Source of the DNA: an uncultured cyanobacterium
GTDB lineage: Bacteria; Cyanobacteriota; Cyanobacteriia; Cyanobacteriales; Nostocaceae
Reading direction: 5' to 3'
Length of the DNA: 64,000 bases
NCBI GenBank assembly: GCA_963740315.1
Contig: CAVUDP010000002.1
Coordinates: 2,016,001-2,080,000 of the forward strand
The notes under the pieces are model-generated. The model was not told the DNA's origin, did no database searches, and was given only the letters and a program-made list of their open reading frames with translations. Position numbers and translations under genes: made by a program. Below are positions 42,850 to 54,127 of this stretch, one piece after another (position 1 is the first letter of the stretch; each line of letters opens with the position of its first letter).

Positions 42850-43818
42850 CTAGTTCACCTGTAAAGTAGAAACAACTTGATCGAATACTTTTTGATAATT
42901 ATTATCTCCTTTGGCAAAACTAATTAGAATTAGCTTTTTACCATCACTACTAGGTAATACTATATTGTCAAATTCGTATAAACCCTCGGTACGAAAAGAC
43001 ATTGCTTCTCTTCCGGCGACAACTTTTGCATTGTAGCTTTCTGGTATGATATCTCCAAGTTCATCATTATTAGTTACCCATTGAACTAAAGATAAACCTT
43101 GAGAATTATTTTCTAAAGAGATACTTATGTTTCCCGCTGAATGCGTATTCTTAGATTTTCCTTCTGCAACTGCTTGATAATCTTTGAGACTCCACAATTC
43201 CAAAACCTTTGATGAACTAGAAGCGTCTTGGGGTTCTTTGATTACAAAGCCTTTGGGATATTTGAAATTAACGCCTAATCGCTGACTCCGATAAACATTT
43301 GTGTTGCTAGCAGCTGCAATTTTTCTTGCAGGATTTTGAGCTTCAGTTCTCAAAGCTTCAACAATAGGTTTAGCTGGGATGGGTTGAGTCTGAGTTTCTG
43401 CTTGAGTTTGCGATTTTGGCACATTTGGTTGAGAAGCAGCTTGAGGAGAAAGCTTTTCGGTTAGAGCTTTAGGAATAGAATTATTCGATTCAGAAGCAGA
43501 TCGATCGCTAGATCCTTGAGTTTGTTGCGGTACAGAAGCTGGGTTACGAGGATCTGACGAAGTTGCTTGTGGTGTAGCAACTGGATTTACCGATGGTTGA
43601 TTTACCGTGATTTCTCCTGGTGTTTTTTGCGGTATGCCAGCGATATCTTCGTTATTCTTACGATTAGCAGGCAATATCGTTAAATCTTGAGCATCCTTAT
43701 TAGAGGATTTTTTCTCAGTTTGCTGACAAGCTGTTAAACTTACGATCGAGCAGAGTATAGCTCCACCTAACAGCCGTTTAACTTGATTATGAGTTAACCT
43801 CACACCCCGAGTAGACAT
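42850..43818 (-). CDS. hypothetical lipoprotein
   Basis: Lipobox-like LTAC, long P/Q/S/T linker, globular C-terminus (YRSQRLGVNFKYP...FDQVVSTL). Confidence 0.75.
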   Translation of the reverse strand: MSTRGVRLTHNQVKRLLGGAILCSIVSLTACQQTEKKSSNKDAQDLTILPANRKNNEDIAGIPQKTPGEITVNQPSVNPVATPQATSSDPRNPASVPQQTQGSSDRSASESNNSIPKALTEKLSPQAASQPNVPKSQTQAETQTQPIPAKPIVEALRTEAQNPARKIAAASNTNVYRSQRLGVNFKYPKGFVIKEPQDASSSSKVLELWSLKDYQAVAEGKSKNTHSAGNISISLENNSQGLSLVQWVTNNDELGDIIPESYNAKVVAGREAMSFRTEGLYEFDNIVLPSSDGKKLILISFAKGDNNYQKVFDQVVSTLQVN

Positions 43819-44023
43819 AATTTTCACTCCTTCAACGCCGTGCAATCTTATTGTGCTTTACAACACCCACACAATGCATCAGGATAACCGAATCAATTAA
43901 GATCGATCAATCATTGTTAGATATGATCTTAGAAAAATTAAAACAAAAAGAATAGTCATAATTTATACTTTTAACTTCCACAATTACAAAATTAATTGCA
44001 CTTGTGGAAGTATTGCTAAAATT

Positions 44024-44872
44024 TCAACCGACATCATCATGAGCGTAACGGTTAAAGAGGAAATCTAAAGCATAGTTACGTAGCTTATAGTATTCGGGAT
44101 CTTCCATAATTCTGACGCGATCGCGAGGACGAGGAAAAGGAATTTCCATGACTTCCCCAATTTTCGCATGAGGTCCGTTGGTCATCATAACTAATTTATC
44201 TGCTAAAAACAGCGCTTCATCAATGTCGTGAGTAATCATCAACACCGTACAGCGGTTTTCGTTCCAAATTTTCAGCAATTCTTCTTGTAATTCTTCTTTG
44301 GTAATTGCGTCTAACGCTCCGAAGGGTTCATCCAAAATCAACACTTTGGGACGAATTGCCAAAGCACGAGCGATAGAAACCCTTTGTCTCATTCCCCCAG
44401 ACAATTGCGGCGGTTTTTTGTCCATCGCATCTGCCAATCCTACCATTGCTAAATGGTCGCGGACGATCGCTCTTTTTTCAGGTGTTGGTTTGTTGGGATA
44501 CACCGCGTCTACAGCCATGTAAATATTTTCAAACGCCGTTCGCCAAGGTAGTAAAGCATAATTCTGGAATACCACCATGCGATCGGGTCCCGGTTTGGTA
44601 ATTATTTTACCTTCCAAAGTTACTTCTCCGGAAGTAGGTGTATCAAAACCAGAAACCATATTTAATAAAGTTGATTTACCACAACCCGAATGACCAATAA
44701 CGCAAATAAAATCACCTTGAGCAACATCAAGGTTAACACCATCAAGAACGGTAAACGGTCCTTTTTTAGTTGAGTAAACTTTGCTAACGTCTTTTATTTG
44801 TAAATAAGGCTGACGAGATTTAACGCTGATGTTACTTAGAGGTATTCCTAATGTGCTTCTGGGGTTATTCAT
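44024..44872 (-). CDS. cmpD: bicarbonate ABC transporter ATPase CmpD
   Basis: GHSGCGKS, LSGGMRQ and DEPFGALD motifs; last gene of the cmp operon. Confidence 0.88.
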   Translation of the reverse strand: MNNPRSTLGIPLSNISVKSRQPYLQIKDVSKVYSTKKGPFTVLDGVNLDVAQGDFICVIGHSGCGKSTLLNMVSGFDTPTSGEVTLEGKIITKPGPDRMVVFQNYALLPWRTAFENIYMAVDAVYPNKPTPEKRAIVRDHLAMVGLADAMDKKPPQLSGGMRQRVSIARALAIRPKVLILDEPFGALDAITKEELQEELLKIWNENRCTVLMITHDIDEALFLADKLVMMTNGPHAKIGEVMEIPFPRPRDRVRIMEDPEYYKLRNYALDFLFNRYAHDDVG

Positions 44873-45096
44873 AAGTTTAAAAAAAGGGAATTGGGAATTG
44901 ATAATTGATAATTGGGAATAGACATTCTCCGGTTAGGAAAAAGACCTCTCTCCAAACCTCTCTCTCCGCAGTCGCTACAACGCGGGGAACCCGCGCAACG
45001 CGCTGCTCTCTGCAAGGAGTTCCGGCTTAATTTTGCCCCTTCCCTCGTAGGGAAGGGGGTTAGGGGGTTAGGTTTTTTGTCTAATTGATAATTGAT

Positions 45097-47094
45097 TTAA
45101 GCAGCCATCCGCCGAGCATCGAGAATCACGTCTGCGACTGCAAAATCATGTTTAATTTGTAAGCTATTAAGGTAAGAAATTGGATCGTCAGCATTGAATG
45201 GAGTACCGTCGAAAAATTGGATCGGTTTACGAACGTAGCTAATATCCATACCCAATTCCCTCGCAGCAGTACTAAAAGTACCCACACGACAAACCCGTTC
45301 GACAATTTCCACCCAATTTCGAGGAAAAGGAGTATGACCCCAACGTGCTAATTGAGTTACAATCCAAATTTGTTCGGTGCGACTGGGACGATTAATTGCA
45401 GAATCGGCATAAAATTGGTGATGAGCGTAATCTCCTACCGGATGCTCTAAATCTGAGTTAGTATGATTTGGTTCTATTTGAATGTATTCAACGGGAACGC
45501 TTACGTAATCTTTGCTTGCCAAAATTTGACGTATTTCTTCCGTATTTTCTGGCAACGAACAATAATAGCAAGCTTCTAATAAAGCTTTAGTCAAAGCGAT
45601 AAAACTGTTGGGATAAGCCGCAGCCCAATCTTCTCGCACTCCCAGAACTTTACCCGGATGTCCCAACCATACATCCAAATCTGAAGCAGCAGTAATTCCA
45701 ACCCCTTCATAAGCAGCGCGAATATTCCAAGGTTCGCCCACACAGAAACCATCTATACTGCCATTTTGTAAATCTGCTACCATCTGTGCCGGAGGTAAAG
45801 TCTGGATATGTACGTCTAAATCCGGGTTAATACCGCCAGCAGCCAACCAATAACGTAATAACAAATTATGCATCGAAGAGGGATGCACTACTCCCATAAT
45901 GTGCTGGCGATCGCGAGTTTTAAGTAAATAGTTGCGGAAATCAGATAAGTCTTGTATCCCATGCTCGTAAAAATCCCGCGATAAAGTAATGGCGTTACCG
46001 TTGCGAGTCATGGTTAGGGAAGTAACTACGGGTAAAGGTTTATTCTCGTTTCCTCCCAAAGTCAACCACATGGGCATCCCTGAAGGCATTTGTGCAGCAT
46101 CTAAATATCCCCCACCGATGCCATCAACAATACCCCGCCAACTGGTTTCTCGTACCAAATTAACTTCATCTAAACCATGCTTGGCAAAAAAGCCTTTTTC
46201 TTTGGCTATTACTAAGGGAGCGCAAGCTGTGAGGGGAACAAAACCAATTTCTAAATTAACTTTTTCTAAACCATGATTGGAAACAACGGTATTTTTGCGA
46301 GCGCGAATTTTTTTAATCCGTTTCTGCTGGTTGAGGAAGTAAATCATCTCGCTACGCAAACTGTAATAACTGGGATGTTCTACTACTTCCATCCGTTTGC
46401 GAGGTCTGGGAATATCTACTTCTAAAATACTACCAATTTTTGATTCCGGACCGTTGGTGAGCATGACAATTCTGTCGGATAGCAACACTGCTTCATCAAC
46501 ATCATGAGTCACCATCACCGCAGTAACTTGATTTTCCTCGCAGATTTTCATCAACTGCTCTTGTAAATTACCCCGCGTTAGTGCATCTAAAGCACCGAAT
46601 GGTTCATCTAATAGCAATAACTTGGGACGAATTGCCAAAGCACGGGCGATCGCCACCCTTTGTTTTTGTCCCCCGGATAACATTCCAGGCTGTTTGTCTG
46701 CATGGGGACGCAACCCCACCATATCTATATGTCTATCTACAATTTTGCGACGTTCGGGTTGTGGTAAGTCTCCCATCACGGAGTTTACCGCTAGAGCAAT
46801 ATTTTCCCGTACCGTTCGCCAAGGTAACAAGGAATAATTTTGGAAAACTACCATGCGATCGGGTCCGGGCTGAGTGATTCTTTTACCTTCTAAACTCACA
46901 ATACCTTGAGTAGGTAAATCTAAACCCGCAATCATATTTAATAAAGTTGATTTCCCGCATCCAGAGTGACCAATTAAGGATACAAATTCACCTTTTTTTA
47001 TTTCTAAATCAATACCTTTAAGGGCGATATATTTACCGCCAGCAGTTAAATTAAAAACTTTTTCAACTTGGTCAACAGCAACAAATACACTCAT
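45097..47094 (-). CDS. cmpC: bicarbonate ABC transporter ATPase CmpC with C-terminal solute-binding-like domain
   Basis: ABC domain fused to an NrtA/CmpA-like domain; 665 aa. Confidence 0.88.
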   Translation of the reverse strand: MSVFVAVDQVEKVFNLTAGGKYIALKGIDLEIKKGEFVSLIGHSGCGKSTLLNMIAGLDLPTQGIVSLEGKRITQPGPDRMVVFQNYSLLPWRTVRENIALAVNSVMGDLPQPERRKIVDRHIDMVGLRPHADKQPGMLSGGQKQRVAIARALAIRPKLLLLDEPFGALDALTRGNLQEQLMKICEENQVTAVMVTHDVDEAVLLSDRIVMLTNGPESKIGSILEVDIPRPRKRMEVVEHPSYYSLRSEMIYFLNQQKRIKKIRARKNTVVSNHGLEKVNLEIGFVPLTACAPLVIAKEKGFFAKHGLDEVNLVRETSWRGIVDGIGGGYLDAAQMPSGMPMWLTLGGNENKPLPVVTSLTMTRNGNAITLSRDFYEHGIQDLSDFRNYLLKTRDRQHIMGVVHPSSMHNLLLRYWLAAGGINPDLDVHIQTLPPAQMVADLQNGSIDGFCVGEPWNIRAAYEGVGITAASDLDVWLGHPGKVLGVREDWAAAYPNSFIALTKALLEACYYCSLPENTEEIRQILASKDYVSVPVEYIQIEPNHTNSDLEHPVGDYAHHQFYADSAINRPSRTEQIWIVTQLARWGHTPFPRNWVEIVERVCRVGTFSTAARELGMDISYVRKPIQFFDGTPFNADDPISYLNSLQIKHDFAVADVILDARRMAA

Positions 47095-47219
47095 ATTTTT
47101 ACTTCCTATTTATGAATATTTTTAATTGTTTGATTAAAAGACGTAGCAGTGCTACGTCTCTACACATTCCAGCTTGCAATCAATCCAAAATCTAAAATCC
47201 AAAATCCAAAATTGAATAG

Positions 47220-48062
47220 CTACTTTTGCTCTGCTGGTGGCAAAATTCGGTTTTGAATCCAAACCATTATTTTATCTAGCAACAAACCCACAATACCGAT
47301 ATAAACTAGAGCCAGAATGATTTCGCTGACATAGTTATTCTGATAGGCATCCCAGATGAAAAAGCCAATTCCTACAATTCCGGACATAACGATTTCGGCG
47401 GCAATAATTGCTAACCAAGCTAAACCAATAGCAATTCTCAATCCCGTGAAAATGTAGGGTAAAGCTGCGGGAATTAAGATATTCAAAAAGTACTCTTTTC
47501 GAGAAAGTTGTAGCACTTTGGCAACGTTATTATAGTCTTGGGGAATTTCTTTCACCCCTACCGCAGTGTTAATTAAGATCGGCCAAATTGCGGTGATGAA
47601 AATTACGAATAATGCTGCGGGTTCGTTTTGTCGTAATGCAGCCAAGGAAATCGGTACCCAAGCCAAAGGAGGAATAGTCCGCAACAGTTGAAACAGCGGA
47701 TCTAAAGCTTTAGACATCGTTGGATTGACACCAATCAAAATTCCCAAGCCAATTCCTATAACTGCGGCAAAACTATAGCCAATCATCACCCTTTGTAAGC
47801 TTGCTAAAATCTGCCAAAATAAACCTTTGTCAATCCCTCCTTTGTCATAAAAAGGATATAAAATCAGTATCCACGTGTCTTGAATTACTTTTATTGGTCC
47901 TGGTAAAGTTGCTCCTGGTATCCAAGAAAAGAGTTGCCAAACAACTAGAAAAATTAATATTGCCAATAAGGGAGGGACAATATCGGGTAACTGTTTTTGA
48001 AAGCGGGCAGTTATACTGCGATTAAAAGTAGGACTTATTGGTCTTTTGGTAGTAGTTGTCAT
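47220..48062 (-). CDS. cmpB: bicarbonate ABC transporter permease CmpB
   Basis: NrtB/CmpB-type permease (LRTIPPLAWVP, AIIAAE). Confidence 0.88.
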   Translation of the reverse strand: MTTTTKRPISPTFNRSITARFQKQLPDIVPPLLAILIFLVVWQLFSWIPGATLPGPIKVIQDTWILILYPFYDKGGIDKGLFWQILASLQRVMIGYSFAAVIGIGLGILIGVNPTMSKALDPLFQLLRTIPPLAWVPISLAALRQNEPAALFVIFITAIWPILINTAVGVKEIPQDYNNVAKVLQLSRKEYFLNILIPAALPYIFTGLRIAIGLAWLAIIAAEIVMSGIVGIGFFIWDAYQNNYVSEIILALVYIGIVGLLLDKIMVWIQNRILPPAEQK

Positions 48063-48153
48063 TTGATATTCCGATTGATTTAATAATTTGTAAGTAATGA
48101 ATTTCTAACTCTTAACTCAATAACAGACGTAGCAATGCTACGTCTCTACAACA

Positions 48154-49533
48154 CTAAACGTTGGCTTTCTTAATCTTGAGACTGCGTAAATATGCTTCGG
48201 GATTTTCTGGATCGAATTTGACTCCATCAAAGAATTCTTCCACGCCCCGTGATGTATTTGTCGGAATATCGGCAGCCGGAATTCCCGCTTCTTTCGCTGC
48301 TTCTTTCCAAATATCTTCGCGGTTGACTTTATCAATTAATGCTCTAGCTTTGGCTGCATTATTAGTAATATAATCTTGAGGCAAGAATCCCCAACGAACG
48401 CTCTCTGTAATAAACCACAAATCGTGACTCTTATAAGGATAAGAAACACTGCCTTTCTCATCTTTCCAATACAGTGCAGCCATCGATCTATCGTCAATTT
48501 TGCGACCATTTCCCATGTCGTATTTACCCATAAATGGTTCTAAAAGAACATCAACCGGGACATTAAAATACTGTCGCTGTGACAAGATATTTGCCATTTC
48601 TTGACGATTATCAAAGTTATCGCACCACTGCTGAGCCTCCATGATTCCTTTCAAAATTGCTTTGGTGGCTTTGGGATTCTTGTCTACCCAATCTGCTCTA
48701 ATAGCTAAATATTCTTCGGGGTGATTCTTCCAGATGTCTGCGGTTAATGCTGCCATGTAGCCAATTTTGTCTTTAACAATTCGATAGGGCCACGGATCTC
48801 CCGTACTAAAAGCATCCATAGTCCCAGTCTTCATGTTGGCAACGGTTTGAGCCGATGGTACTGGTAGCAAATTTATATCATTATCGGGGTCAACACCACC
48901 AGCAGCCAGCCAGTAGCGAATCCAAAAATCCTGATTGACGTGGGGGAAAGTATGAGCGGCTTTGAAGCGATCGCCTCCTCCTTTACTAGCCTTAACTTGG
49001 CTAACTAATCCTGATGAGAGTTGTAGATCGAGTCCTTTACCTTGCCATTTATCCGCGATCGCAATCCCGTTCCCCTGAGTAATCAACTGACACAGCAGAT
49101 ACATCGGAATTGGTTTATTGCCTTTGGTAATTACTCCTTCGGTAATCAAATGCGCCATAGGCATCTGCCATTGCCCACCATCAATACCACCACCAGCCGC
49201 ACCAATTTCAACGTTATCTCTTGCAGAACCCCAAGAAGCTTGTTTGGAAAGTTCTACATCATTCATGCCATATTTAGCAAAAAAACCTTTTTCTTTAGCA
49301 ATTATTAAAGGTGCAGCTTCCACAATCGGCACGTATCCCAACTTAATAGCTGTGGTTTCTGGTGCTTGTTGTGGATTAACATTTGCAACTGGTTGGGCTG
49401 TTGTTGGTGCCGCTGCATTACCACCCAAATCTTCTGGTGGATTTCCCAAACAACCTGCCAGTAAAACAGTACCTGCCGATGCACCGGCTGTTAAGATAAA
49501 TTTACGTCGAGAAATTCGATTAAAATCTGTCAC
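48154..49533 (-). CDS. cmpA: bicarbonate-binding lipoprotein CmpA
   Basis: SRRKF...GCLGNPP and [14 protein letters not shown] are CmpA-type (NrtA has FPGGTHD); no nirA nearby; carbonic anhydrase adjacent. Confidence 0.88.
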   Translation of the reverse strand: MTDFNRISRRKFILTAGASAGTVLLAGCLGNPPEDLGGNAAAPTTAQPVANVNPQQAPETTAIKLGYVPIVEAAPLIIAKEKGFFAKYGMNDVELSKQASWGSARDNVEIGAAGGGIDGGQWQMPMAHLITEGVITKGNKPIPMYLLCQLITQGNGIAIADKWQGKGLDLQLSSGLVSQVKASKGGGDRFKAAHTFPHVNQDFWIRYWLAAGGVDPDNDINLLPVPSAQTVANMKTGTMDAFSTGDPWPYRIVKDKIGYMAALTADIWKNHPEEYLAIRADWVDKNPKATKAILKGIMEAQQWCDNFDNRQEMANILSQRQYFNVPVDVLLEPFMGKYDMGNGRKIDDRSMAALYWKDEKGSVSYPYKSHDLWFITESVRWGFLPQDYITNNAAKARALIDKVNREDIWKEAAKEAGIPAADIPTNTSRGVEEFFDGVKFDPENPEAYLRSLKIKKANV

Positions 49534-49808
49534 AACTTCATCCTTTTGGTAGTTTTATGTTTTTAGGTATTAAAAATTGAGCCACAGCTATTGCTATAAA
49601 TCGCAAAAAGCTGTCGCTACATACAAATAAATGCTGCTTTTAAGGAAACTTATACTAAGAAAAGAAACTAGCAATGTAACTTTATGTCAAGCCGTTGTTG
49701 AGTCGGTGATTCAGTAAGTTAATTGCTGTTCAAACTAGAATACAGCTATTAATATAAAAAAGATACATCCCGAACCATCAATTATTAAATAAATATTATA
49801 TTACTTGT

Positions 49809-49915
49809 ATAAGTAAAACTTTATGATTGCCTAAGAGTAGTGGTTATACATAATCAATAGTCGATTGATAGGGATGACTGGGATCGATCCAAATCTATGA
49901 TAGATTTTTTTCTAT
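49809..49915. promoter_or_regulatory. candidate LysR (CmpR/CcmR-type) boxes
   Basis: ATAA-N8-TTAT at 49809-49824, ATAG-N8-CTAT at 49900-49915 and ATCAAT-N5-ATTGAT at 49853-49869, upstream of cmpA. Confidence 0.5.
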
Positions 49916-50228
49916 GTATACTATTGATTGCAGCCATGATTTTTTATTCAATGTCGTGTAATACAATTCTGCTTTACAGGATTGATTCAAACGACGGGTA
50001 GGAGATTTTTGGTTATTAGTAGTTATCATATTTCTCAGAGAATTTGAGATATACCAAGTATTCCCAAAACATGAGAAAGTTAATACTAGGTCAAAGGTTA
50101 AAGGTTAAAGGTTAAAGGTTATGAGTTGGGCATAGGGCATTGGGCATAGAGAGTTAAAAATTTTATTTGTTCTACCCCCTCTCCCCACTCTCCCCACTCT
50201 CCCCCTCAGTCAACATTCAGAAATTAAG

Positions 50229-50981
50229 ATGAAAAAACTAGTAAAGGGTCTGCGTGAATTTAAAGCTAATTATTACAGTATCCATAGAGAATTATTTGAA
50301 CAACTTTCTCACGGTCAAAAACCGAGAGTTTTATTTATTACTTGCTCTGACTCCCGTGTAGACCCCAATTTAATTACCCAAGCGGGGGTTGGCGAACTAT
50401 TTGTAATTCGCAACGCTGGTAATATAATTCCTCCCTTTGGAGCCACAAATGGCGGCGAAGGAGCGACTATTGAATATGCAGTTCAAGCTTTAGGTATTAA
50501 CCAAATCATTGTTTGCGGACATTCTAATTGCGGGGCAATGAAAGGACTGATGAAGTTAAATAAATTACAGTCAGATATGCCTTTGGTGTTTGATTGGCTT
50601 AAGTATGCCGAATCAACTCGACGTTTGGTTTTAGACCATTACAGCGAATACGAAGGGGAAGATTTATTAGAAATTATGATTGCTGAAAATGTGTTGACGC
50701 AAATCGATAATTTACGTACTTATCCGGTGATTCACTCTAAGCTTTATCAAAAGCAAGTTAGCATTTACGCTTGGATTTATCAGATTGAAACCGGAGAGAT
50801 TTTAGCATACGATCCAATCACTCATTCTTATACTTCACCTCAAAGTCAGATAAATGAGTATGAAGTTGATGAAAGGGTTGAACCAGCAACAAACAAAATA
50901 GATTATGAAAATTTAGGTTTCCCCATGACGCGCTTATCTAGGGAACAAATGAATCGAATTTATCAAGGTTCTGGTAATTAG
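50229..50981 (+). CDS. ccaA: beta-class carbonic anhydrase, CcaA/IcfA type
   Basis: CSDSR, RNAGN and CGHSNCG motifs; C-terminal LSREQMNRIYQG resembles the CcaA tail motif. Confidence 0.85.
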   Translation: MKKLVKGLREFKANYYSIHRELFEQLSHGQKPRVLFITCSDSRVDPNLITQAGVGELFVIRNAGNIIPPFGATNGGEGATIEYAVQALGINQIIVCGHSNCGAMKGLMKLNKLQSDMPLVFDWLKYAESTRRLVLDHYSEYEGEDLLEIMIAENVLTQIDNLRTYPVIHSKLYQKQVSIYAWIYQIETGEILAYDPITHSYTSPQSQINEYEVDERVEPATNKIDYENLGFPMTRLSREQMNRIYQGSGN

Positions 50982-51315
50982 TTGTTGGTTTTATTAAATT
51001 TAATGGATTAGTTTTTCCCGTTCACCGTAGGTGCGGTTTAAACGTTGGGAGACGTAGCAGTGCTACGTCTCTACAATCCGTCGGAATTAATGAAATGTAC
51101 TACTAATACTTCACCACATTAAATATTATGGGTAAGACATTGGTAGTGCGAGCATCCTGCTCGCTCGTGGTGGCAAGATCGCGAGACGCATGTCCTACCG
51201 GACAGACTCCGTTAACGCACTACGCAAACCCCTCATAACTTATGTGATTAAATACTAATTGTTATTTGTTAGTTGTCAATAATCAAAACTCCCAACTCCG
51301 GCGATCCTACCTTTC

Positions 51316-53225
51316 TTATTGCAGAGCGCTGATTTCTTTTAAATAAACTTGTGTCAGCGGTTCATCTTGTGCAAGGGTATATTCTTCAATTAAACCTTCG
51401 CGGGTAATAGTAACGTTGTTTTGTTTGCTGATAATAACGGTAGAGTTATCAAAAATGAAATAAGCTAAAATCATTTCGGTTTCGCTGGGATTATCAAGAA
51501 TTACTATGTTGCTCTTGTCGTAAAACATTCCATGATTTTCCAAAATTTCGTCGTCGTACTCAACAATCAATAAGTCAAGATTGGGGTTACGTAATACGCT
51601 TTGTATGTTCGTATTGCGATCGCGGTTTAACATCTTTTTTGACTGATTGATAAAAACTGCATCCCGGCAAACTGCGCCTACCGTCCATTCTGGATGCTGC
51701 AATAAAATATGATTAATCGTTTCGTGCAATTCTTTAAGAGAAATCTTATTAAAGGTGATAATTGGAATTTTGCTATCTTCGCTTTTTGCAAAGAAGGTAT
51801 TTAAAATTGATGAAGGTACATCTACGCCTTCACCTACAGCAGGATTAAGATGCATCATAATTCCTGGTGCGGCGTTAATTTCTATGATGGCAAATTTATT
51901 TTCTTTCCAAGAAACAGTAAGACTTTCTGCCATTACATCAATACCAAGGCAGGTAAGCTGAAAATGTTGAGCAATGTCTTGCGCCAAAATCACATTGTCG
52001 GGGTGAATATTACTTGTAGCGTCGATGCTGACTCCACCGGCAGAAAGATTGGCGACTTTACGTAGATATACGGTTTCGCCTTTTTCTGGTATGCTATCTA
52101 ACGATAAATTTTGTTCGTCTAAATATTGTTCCATCGCCTCATCGCACTGAATTTGACTCATCGGCGATGTTGGTGTATCCAAACGTTCTGGTTTGCGGTT
52201 TTCTCGATCGATTAATTCGTCAATATTCAAGTTTCCATCACCCACAACCGATGCTGGGCGACGTTCGATCGCGGCGACAAATCTACCGTTGACGCACAAT
52301 AAGCGAAAATCTGTACCTGATATGCTTTGTTCAACAATTATGCGGATGGGTTCTGATTCGGGAATCGCTTCGTATGCGCGATCGTAAGCATAACCTAATT
52401 CTTTAAAATTTCTGATATCGGCAGTTACTCCAATACCTTTATGACCTGATACGGGTTTGATTGCTACTGGATAACCGATCTTTTCTGCTACACTCAAAGC
52501 TTCTTTTTCGGAAGTAACAATATCGCCGTCGGGAACTGGAAAGCCTAAAGTTTTTAAAAATGCTTTGCAATCATCTTTACGGGTACTAAAATCTGAATCT
52601 AAATGGCTATCACAATTAAATGTTGTAGCGAAACCGCGAACTTGTTTTTTACCGTAACCGTATTGCGTTAATCCTTCTTCTGATAAATAAAATGTCGGGA
52701 TATCTTTTTGGTAAGCCGTTCGCAATAGAGCATAATTTGTCGGACCCCGTAAACAGATTTACGAAAGGAATTTTGTAGATTTCTTAGCCGATCTTCAAAG
52801 TTAATATCTAGACTTTGAGTAATTGCTTCAAACCAATCCCAAACAAAATAGACTATCAATCTACTCGTGCGATGATGTAGTGCTTGCAAAGCAATTCTTG
52901 TATAGTCTTGATAAGATTTGAAGCTGGTGCGATACAGATGCAAATCCATATCTAATTTTGCTACTTCCGAGAGAGTTTTCGCAAATAATTCAGCATGAGA
53001 TTCATATTCGCGATCGCCTAGTTGTGGATAACGTTTACACACGGCACAAACATAATCCTCAATTGGTAAGGGTCGCGAATCATTAGTCAAACCAAAATCA
53101 AAGACTAACGCCCGTGTATCCAAATAAGCTGTTGGTCCGATATAATCCTTCAAATTGAAAATATCAAAGGCATCAGCAACCCTGGCATTGATGCGAACTG
53201 TATCGTTATCTAGTTGTTGAACCAT
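51316..53225 (-). pseudogene. cphA2: cyanophycin synthetase 2 CphA2, -1 frameshift in G-run near 52745
   Basis: Two ORFs join as FRKSVYGGPTNYALLRTAYQKDIP with one added G (636 aa); ATP-grasp motifs KPVSGHKGIGV and EINAAPG. Confidence 0.85.
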
Positions 53226-53602
53226 TGTAAATTACTCTTGTATGAAACACCCATTATTAGCTTAACGCAAGCATTTGTCCTGACGAAATTAAGTGTTTTT
53301 TTTGTTTGGATATTCTTAACTAGATAACCCAAGATACAAATGCAATGCTAAAGCCAGTATATTTTAACTTCTTAGCTAAGTATTGTCAGCTATCTTTAGA
53401 CATAAAGATAAAGTTATCTATCTATTTACTAAACATATAATTATAATTCCCCAAATATAAATAAATGTAAAAATTAAAAATATAACTATTGATTGATGTC
53501 AAAACAAAAAAAATATCACCTTTGAAAGGTACAAATAAATGTTAAAATTACATATAAATAACAAATAGCTTGCTTTGTTAAAATATTTAGGAGAGAGTAA
53601 GT

Positions 53603-53806
53603 ATGAATAGCGAGAAAGCTGTTCTCAGAGATCAAATTCGGCAGCTTGCAGATGAAGCTTTTCATCGCAAGCTTATTTCGGGTTTTGGAGATGGTCCCGA
53701 TAGTAGTGAGTTTCAGATTGTTATTGATGGAAAGCCAAGACATCTACCTTTAGAAGAAGCACGTTCTGTTTTGAATGAGATGTTGCGTACCAATCCAGTT
53801 CAATAA
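53603..53806 (+). CDS. small hypothetical protein between cphA2 and cphB2
   Basis: 67 aa, AGGAGAG upstream, protein-like composition. Confidence 0.75.
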   Translation: MNSEKAVLRDQIRQLADEAFHRKLISGFGDGPDSSEFQIVIDGKPRHLPLEEARSVLNEMLRTNPVQ

Positions 53807-54127
53807 ACAGTAAATAATCAACAAATAATCAAAAATTATCAATCAACAATTATCGGTATTGCGATCGCGGCTAAGTTGAATCGGGAATTTATTACTTTGT
53901 AAAAGTATAGCGTCTAAACACTTGCTATAAAAGCAAAAAAAATTCAAGCATAATATATTAAATTAATGGTTTTAGACGTATAATTACAAAGCTGGATCGA
54001 TCCATAGTATCCTCTAATAATTATCGCGGACATTTTTACCCGATAATTGATAATTGATAATTGATAATTTATTTAAATCTAATTTAATACTTATATTATT
54101 TGATGTCTTGAGTTCTTGGGAGGCAAG

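Noticed and set aside
44024..49533. nitrate transporter nrtABCD
   Set aside because: Binding protein has CmpA-type motifs; no nirA/narB; carbonic anhydrase adjacent.
53226..54127. NtcA boxes for cphA2/cphB2
   Set aside because: No convincing GTA-N8-TAC found by eye.
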